Shown here in pieces: positions 26,448-29,387 of a stretch of 29,387 bases of DNA. This DNA is from a virus (Duplodnaviria > Caudoviricetes): positions 1 through 29,387 of IMG/VR virus record IMGVR_UViG_3300037518_000024; one strand, given 5' to 3'. The stretch's first letter is position 1, and every line of letters begins with the position of its first letter. The notes below the pieces were generated by a model that ran no database searches, had not been told where the DNA came from, and worked only from the letters and a program-made list of their open reading frames with translations. The translations under genes and the position numbers were made by a program.

Positions 26448-27205
26448 AACCTAACCTCCCAGCCTTTCCCCTGCAGGTATTCGGCTGCTTCACGTGGTGT
26501 TGCGTCTTCCCACTGGAACATGGCCCCTGCCGCAACAGCGGAGGCGCCTGCCTTCAAGGCCCTGTGCATGTGGTCATAATTCCCGCAACCGCCGTTGGCG
26601 ATCACTGGAATGCTGACAGCCTTGGCGATCTTCCTGATAAGCCCCAGGTCATAGCCCTGCATCATGCCGTCGTTTGTCACGTTCGTGACGATCAACTCGC
26701 CGGCACCGTACATTTCCATGTCCTTGGCGAACTGTACCGGGCTGTAGAAGTGCGTCGTCTGGCCGCAGTTGGTGGTGAGGAACCAGTTGCTGCAGTTCGG
26801 GTCGTATATCGCGTCAACCGCGACCACCACCGCCTGGCTGCCGAACTTCTTGGCCGCATCGCGGATCAGCGACACCGTATTGAACGCAGCGGTGCCGATC
26901 ACTACTTTGTCAGCGCCATTGGCCAGAAGTTCCCTCACGTGCTCCAGGCAAGTCACGCCACCACCTGCAGCGATGGGCATGAAACACTTCTCGGTCAGTG
27001 CCTTGATCGTTTCAACGTCAGGCCCGCAGCCCTTCGCAGTAGCTGTTACGTCCAATATCACCAGCTCATCTACCTTGCGCATCTGGTATATCTCGGCAGC
27101 CTGCATGACATTGCCGACCACGCGCTGGGAGTTGAACTGCTTACCCTTCACGAGGTTGCCGTCAGCGGTAAGCATTACCGGAATGATGCGACGTGCCAGG
27201 CTCAT
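26444..27205 (-). CDS. wbuZ: HisF-like glycosyl amidation-associated protein (WbuZ-like)
   Basis: Motifs RIIP...LVKG..F, VDELVILDV, CFMP...GGG, GADKV, GAGE, DGMMQGYD, IPVIANGG and AVAAGAMF. Adjacent to a WbuX-like gene. Confidence 0.85.
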   Translation of the reverse strand: MSLARRIIPVMLTADGNLVKGKQFNSQRVVGNVMQAAEIYQMRKVDELVILDVTATAKGCGPDVETIKALTEKCFMPIAAGGGVTCLEHVRELLANGADKVVIGTAAFNTVSLIRDAAKKFGSQAVVVAVDAIYDPNCSNWFLTTNCGQTTHFYSPVQFAKDMEMYGAGELIVTNVTNDGMMQGYDLGLIRKIAKAVSIPVIANGGCGNYDHMHRALKAGASAVAAGAMFQWEDATPREAAEYLQGKGWEVRL

Positions 27206-28266
27206 CTGCTGTACTTCTCTGGAGTGAACTTGTCGATCAGCATGTCCAGCTGCTTAGCTGTAATACCCAGCCGGTCGATTATCTGTGTCATCGATATGCC
27301 TGCATACCGGGTGGGAAAGAGCCCTTCCCGCCTGGCCAAAATCTTTTCAGCCTCAGACCGAACGATATCGCCGTTGCGAATATCCACCGACAGCTGGGCG
27401 CAGGCTCTGCCATAGCCGTATTTCTTCCACATCATGTAGTCATGCAGCCCGGTCATGGCGTTATCCAAGTTCTCCCAGGGCCACCAGTTGCCGTCGAACG
27501 GCAATTCGTACTCCATACCGGCATTCTCCGCGATCTGTGCGTTCTCACGGCTGTTCCAGCGCAGATACTGCCCCAGGAAGTGTGCTTCGACTCCAGCCTT
27601 CGCAATAGCGGCGTCAGTAGGAAATTCATACTCGGCCATGTCAGCCCTGGTAATCCCATCCCAGCCAACCATGTCAGCTGGGCGCAGCCCGAGAAAACCC
27701 CCGAACTCTGAAACCCACCGACGGGTCATCTGGCGTGCTTCCTCTGTACCTAAAGGGCCACCATACGCGGCTTGCGGATTTTCCCCGTAGAACACCAAAG
27801 GAACCCCCAGGGCGACAGCGATACGGATAGGTGTAGTGAATATAGCGACGTGTTCCGGCCACGATACGTCTCCGACAAGGGTAAGACCCAAAAGGTTCAA
27901 CTTGGCACGTACTGTCTGGTTCGGCGTTACCTCAATCGTCGGCGCATACCGCTTCAAGTTGTCGATGTTCCGCCTGCCCATGTCGGTCAGCATGCAGGTA
28001 GTTGCAGTAACGATCAGCGGCCTGGCCCCCAGGTCAAGCAGCTTGATCACCTGCGCCGTCGAGTCCTTGCCCCCGCTGGATGCAACTATGCAGTCATACG
28101 GGCCCTTGCCCTTATGCCTGGCCAGCAAAGCAATCAGATCGTCCCTGCGTGCGCCCCAGTCGATCTTCTGCTGGGCATCATGGTTCAAGCAGGCCGAACA
28201 CACGCCGTTGACAAAAGCGGTATCCGGACGGGTATCAGGGATCAGGCATCTATCGCATCGATTCAT
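27202..28266 (-). CDS. wbuX: N-acetyl sugar amidotransferase (WbuX/PseA family)
   Basis: Start moved to the ATG at 28266. N-terminal CxxC...TRP...CxAC, PP-loop YDCIVASSGGKDS, YGEN and KYGYGRA motifs. Confidence 0.88.
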   Translation of the reverse strand: MNRCDRCLIPDTRPDTAFVNGVCSACLNHDAQQKIDWGARRDDLIALLARHKGKGPYDCIVASSGGKDSTAQVIKLLDLGARPLIVTATTCMLTDMGRRNIDNLKRYAPTIEVTPNQTVRAKLNLLGLTLVGDVSWPEHVAIFTTPIRIAVALGVPLVFYGENPQAAYGGPLGTEEARQMTRRWVSEFGGFLGLRPADMVGWDGITRADMAEYEFPTDAAIAKAGVEAHFLGQYLRWNSRENAQIAENAGMEYELPFDGNWWPWENLDNAMTGLHDYMMWKKYGYGRACAQLSVDIRNGDIVRSEAEKILARREGLFPTRYAGISMTQIIDRLGITAKQLDMLIDKFTPEKYSR

Positions 28267-28858
28267 TGACAGGCTTCTCCAGCAGGAAGTAGGTAATGTC
28301 GTCACCGTCGTCGGTGTGGTACTTGAAGCCGTATTTCAGCAGCTTCAAGTCCGGGTACAGCTCCATCAGCCTGCCGGCGAAGTCGTCTGCCCATAAAGCC
28401 TGGAAGTGTCCCCGGTACAGCAGGCCGCGCCGCTTGGTCGCGTAGTACTCTGCAACACAGATATACCGACTAGACAGGTCGTACATGCCGCGCAGCGTGG
28501 CTTCCAGCACTTCAAGTGGCTGGTGAATCAGGAAGCCCCGCGTCAGCACCAGATCATACTTGCCATGCAGCTGGGCACCGATGAATGGGCTGTGTATCGG
28601 CGCTATACCACGCTCACGCATGACTTCACACGCTTGTTCGTTGATATCCAGCCCTACCAGCACCCGCTTGCCCATCATATAGGTGCCAATGGCTGCCAGG
28701 TTGTCGCCCTGGCCTGCGCCCAACTCCAGCACCGAGGTCAGTTCGCTGAACCGACCGGACAACACCTCATACCAGAAATCACTGCGATTCTTCTGCCTGT
28801 TGCGGCCATGGTACTCATTGCCAAACTTGCCCTGCCATAGCTTCTCTTGCCTATTCAT
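28250..28858 (-). CDS. Pseudaminic acid biosynthesis-associated methyltransferase
   Basis: Start moved to the ATG at 28858. Motifs QE..W.G.FG.EY..RN, SVLELGAGQGDNL, DLVLTRG.LIH and YRGH..ALW..DFAG..M..YPDLKL..YGF.Y. Confidence 0.85.
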   Translation of the reverse strand: MNRQEKLWQGKFGNEYHGRNRQKNRSDFWYEVLSGRFSELTSVLELGAGQGDNLAAIGTYMMGKRVLVGLDINEQACEVMRERGIAPIHSPFIGAQLHGKYDLVLTRGFLIHQPLEVLEATLRGMYDLSSRYICVAEYYATKRRGLLYRGHFQALWADDFAGRLMELYPDLKLLKYGFKYHTDDGDDITYFLLEKPVNESMR

Positions 28859-28976
28859 CGCCATCGACTCCCTTCGCGCCGTACTTCCAGCTCCCATAGA
28901 TATTGCCAATGCCGAATCCAGATACGAATGCGACAACGGCAATCACCAGCCACGAAAAATCAGTTAATTCAAGCAT
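28851..28976 (-). CDS. Small single-pass membrane protein (41 aa)
   Basis: Not in the track. MLELTDFSWLVIAVVAFVSGFGIGNIYGSWKYGAKGVDGDE overlaps both neighbouring genes by 8 nt. Confidence 0.6.
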   Translation of the reverse strand: MLELTDFSWLVIAVVAFVSGFGIGNIYGSWKYGAKGVDGDE

Positions 28977-29387
28977 CGTCGAGCCTCGCAAACATCTTCA
29001 TTGCCCTTTTCCAGTCTTCGGGCGTGTTGATATCGCAGATCCTTTCGTCTGCGACGTGGATCATACGTGTGGCGCAGCCTATAAGCGGCTCGCCACTTAT
29101 AAAATGGGTTACCGATCCCCAGTAGAATTGACCGGCATCGCGCAATTCCGGGTAGCCGGCGCTTAAAACGAAGGTAGTCTCGTCTATTTCTCCGATTGCC
29201 AGGTGATACCCAAGCCTCAAGTCTTCAACGTCCATGAGCGGCGACGTTGCGTATATGCAGCAGGCGTAATGGCCGTAGTCCTCAACTGTCAGCCCCATCG
29301 CCTGCAGGCATTCCTTCACCACCTCTTGCGTGCCAACTTCATCGACACCCAGTGCAGGGTCACGCCTATGCACCTTTGCCCCATATG
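28969..29387 (-). CDS. pseF: CMP-nonulosonic acid synthetase, PseF-like (5' part outside the window)
   Basis: Frame is open to the window edge (..YGAKVHRRDP). CCIYATSPL, DAGQFYWG and DINTPEDW are characteristic PseF motifs. Confidence 0.85.
   Translation of the reverse strand, partial: YGAKVHRRDPALGVDEVGTQEVVKECLQAMGLTVEDYGHYACCIYATSPLMDVEDLRLGYHLAIGEIDETTFVLSAGYPELRDAGQFYWGSVTHFISGEPLIGCATRMIHVADERICDINTPEDWKRAMKMFARLDDA

Noticed and set aside
26444-27205. hisF as a histidine biosynthesis auxiliary gene
   Set aside because: Coupling to wbuX, the CFMP and AAGAMF features and the absence of other his genes indicate the glycosyl-amidation paralogue.
1-29387. Diversity-generating retroelement, CRISPR array, tRNA, integrase or lysis cassette
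   Set aside because: Despite the BPP-1-like structural layout, I saw no reverse transcriptase, template/variable repeat pair, spacer array, cloverleaf, recombinase or endolysin gene by eye.
25052-29387. Sugar cassette as flanking host chromosome at a prophage edge
   Set aside because: pseI overlaps terS by ATGA with no intergenic att site, and the genes are compact and interleaved with a tiny phage-style ORF. This is disfavoured but not excluded without read or synteny data.

Overview
The window is the late (packaging and virion) region of a podovirus-like dsDNA phage or prophage with a T7/BPP-1-type structural gene order. Every credible gene is on the minus strand. In transcription order (right to left) it contains: a translationally coupled nonulosonic (pseudaminic-type) acid cassette (PseF-like cytidylyltransferase truncated at the window edge, 41-aa membrane peptide, Pse-associated methyltransferase, WbuX/PseA-like amidotransferase, WbuZ/HisF-like protein, GNAT acetyltransferase, PseI synthase); terminase small subunit; two Ser/Thr-rich proteins around a small basic ORF; a protein with CstII/Maf-type sialyltransferase motifs; terminase large subunit; three tandem paralogous pre-portal proteins; portal; scaffold; a structured capsid leader; major capsid; a Ser/Thr-rich decoration-like protein; tail tubular A and B; a GNAT; three internal/ejection proteins (the largest 2188 aa, with SLT and HExxH domains); and tail-region genes including a second methyltransferase. 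The main candidate new system is a phage-encoded pathway to make, activate, modify and transfer a nonulosonic acid, wired into the virion operon next to Ser/Thr-rich putative acceptors. This suggests virion O-glycosylation with a sialic-acid-like sugar, which is an inference. All family calls are by-eye motif recognition; no searches were run.
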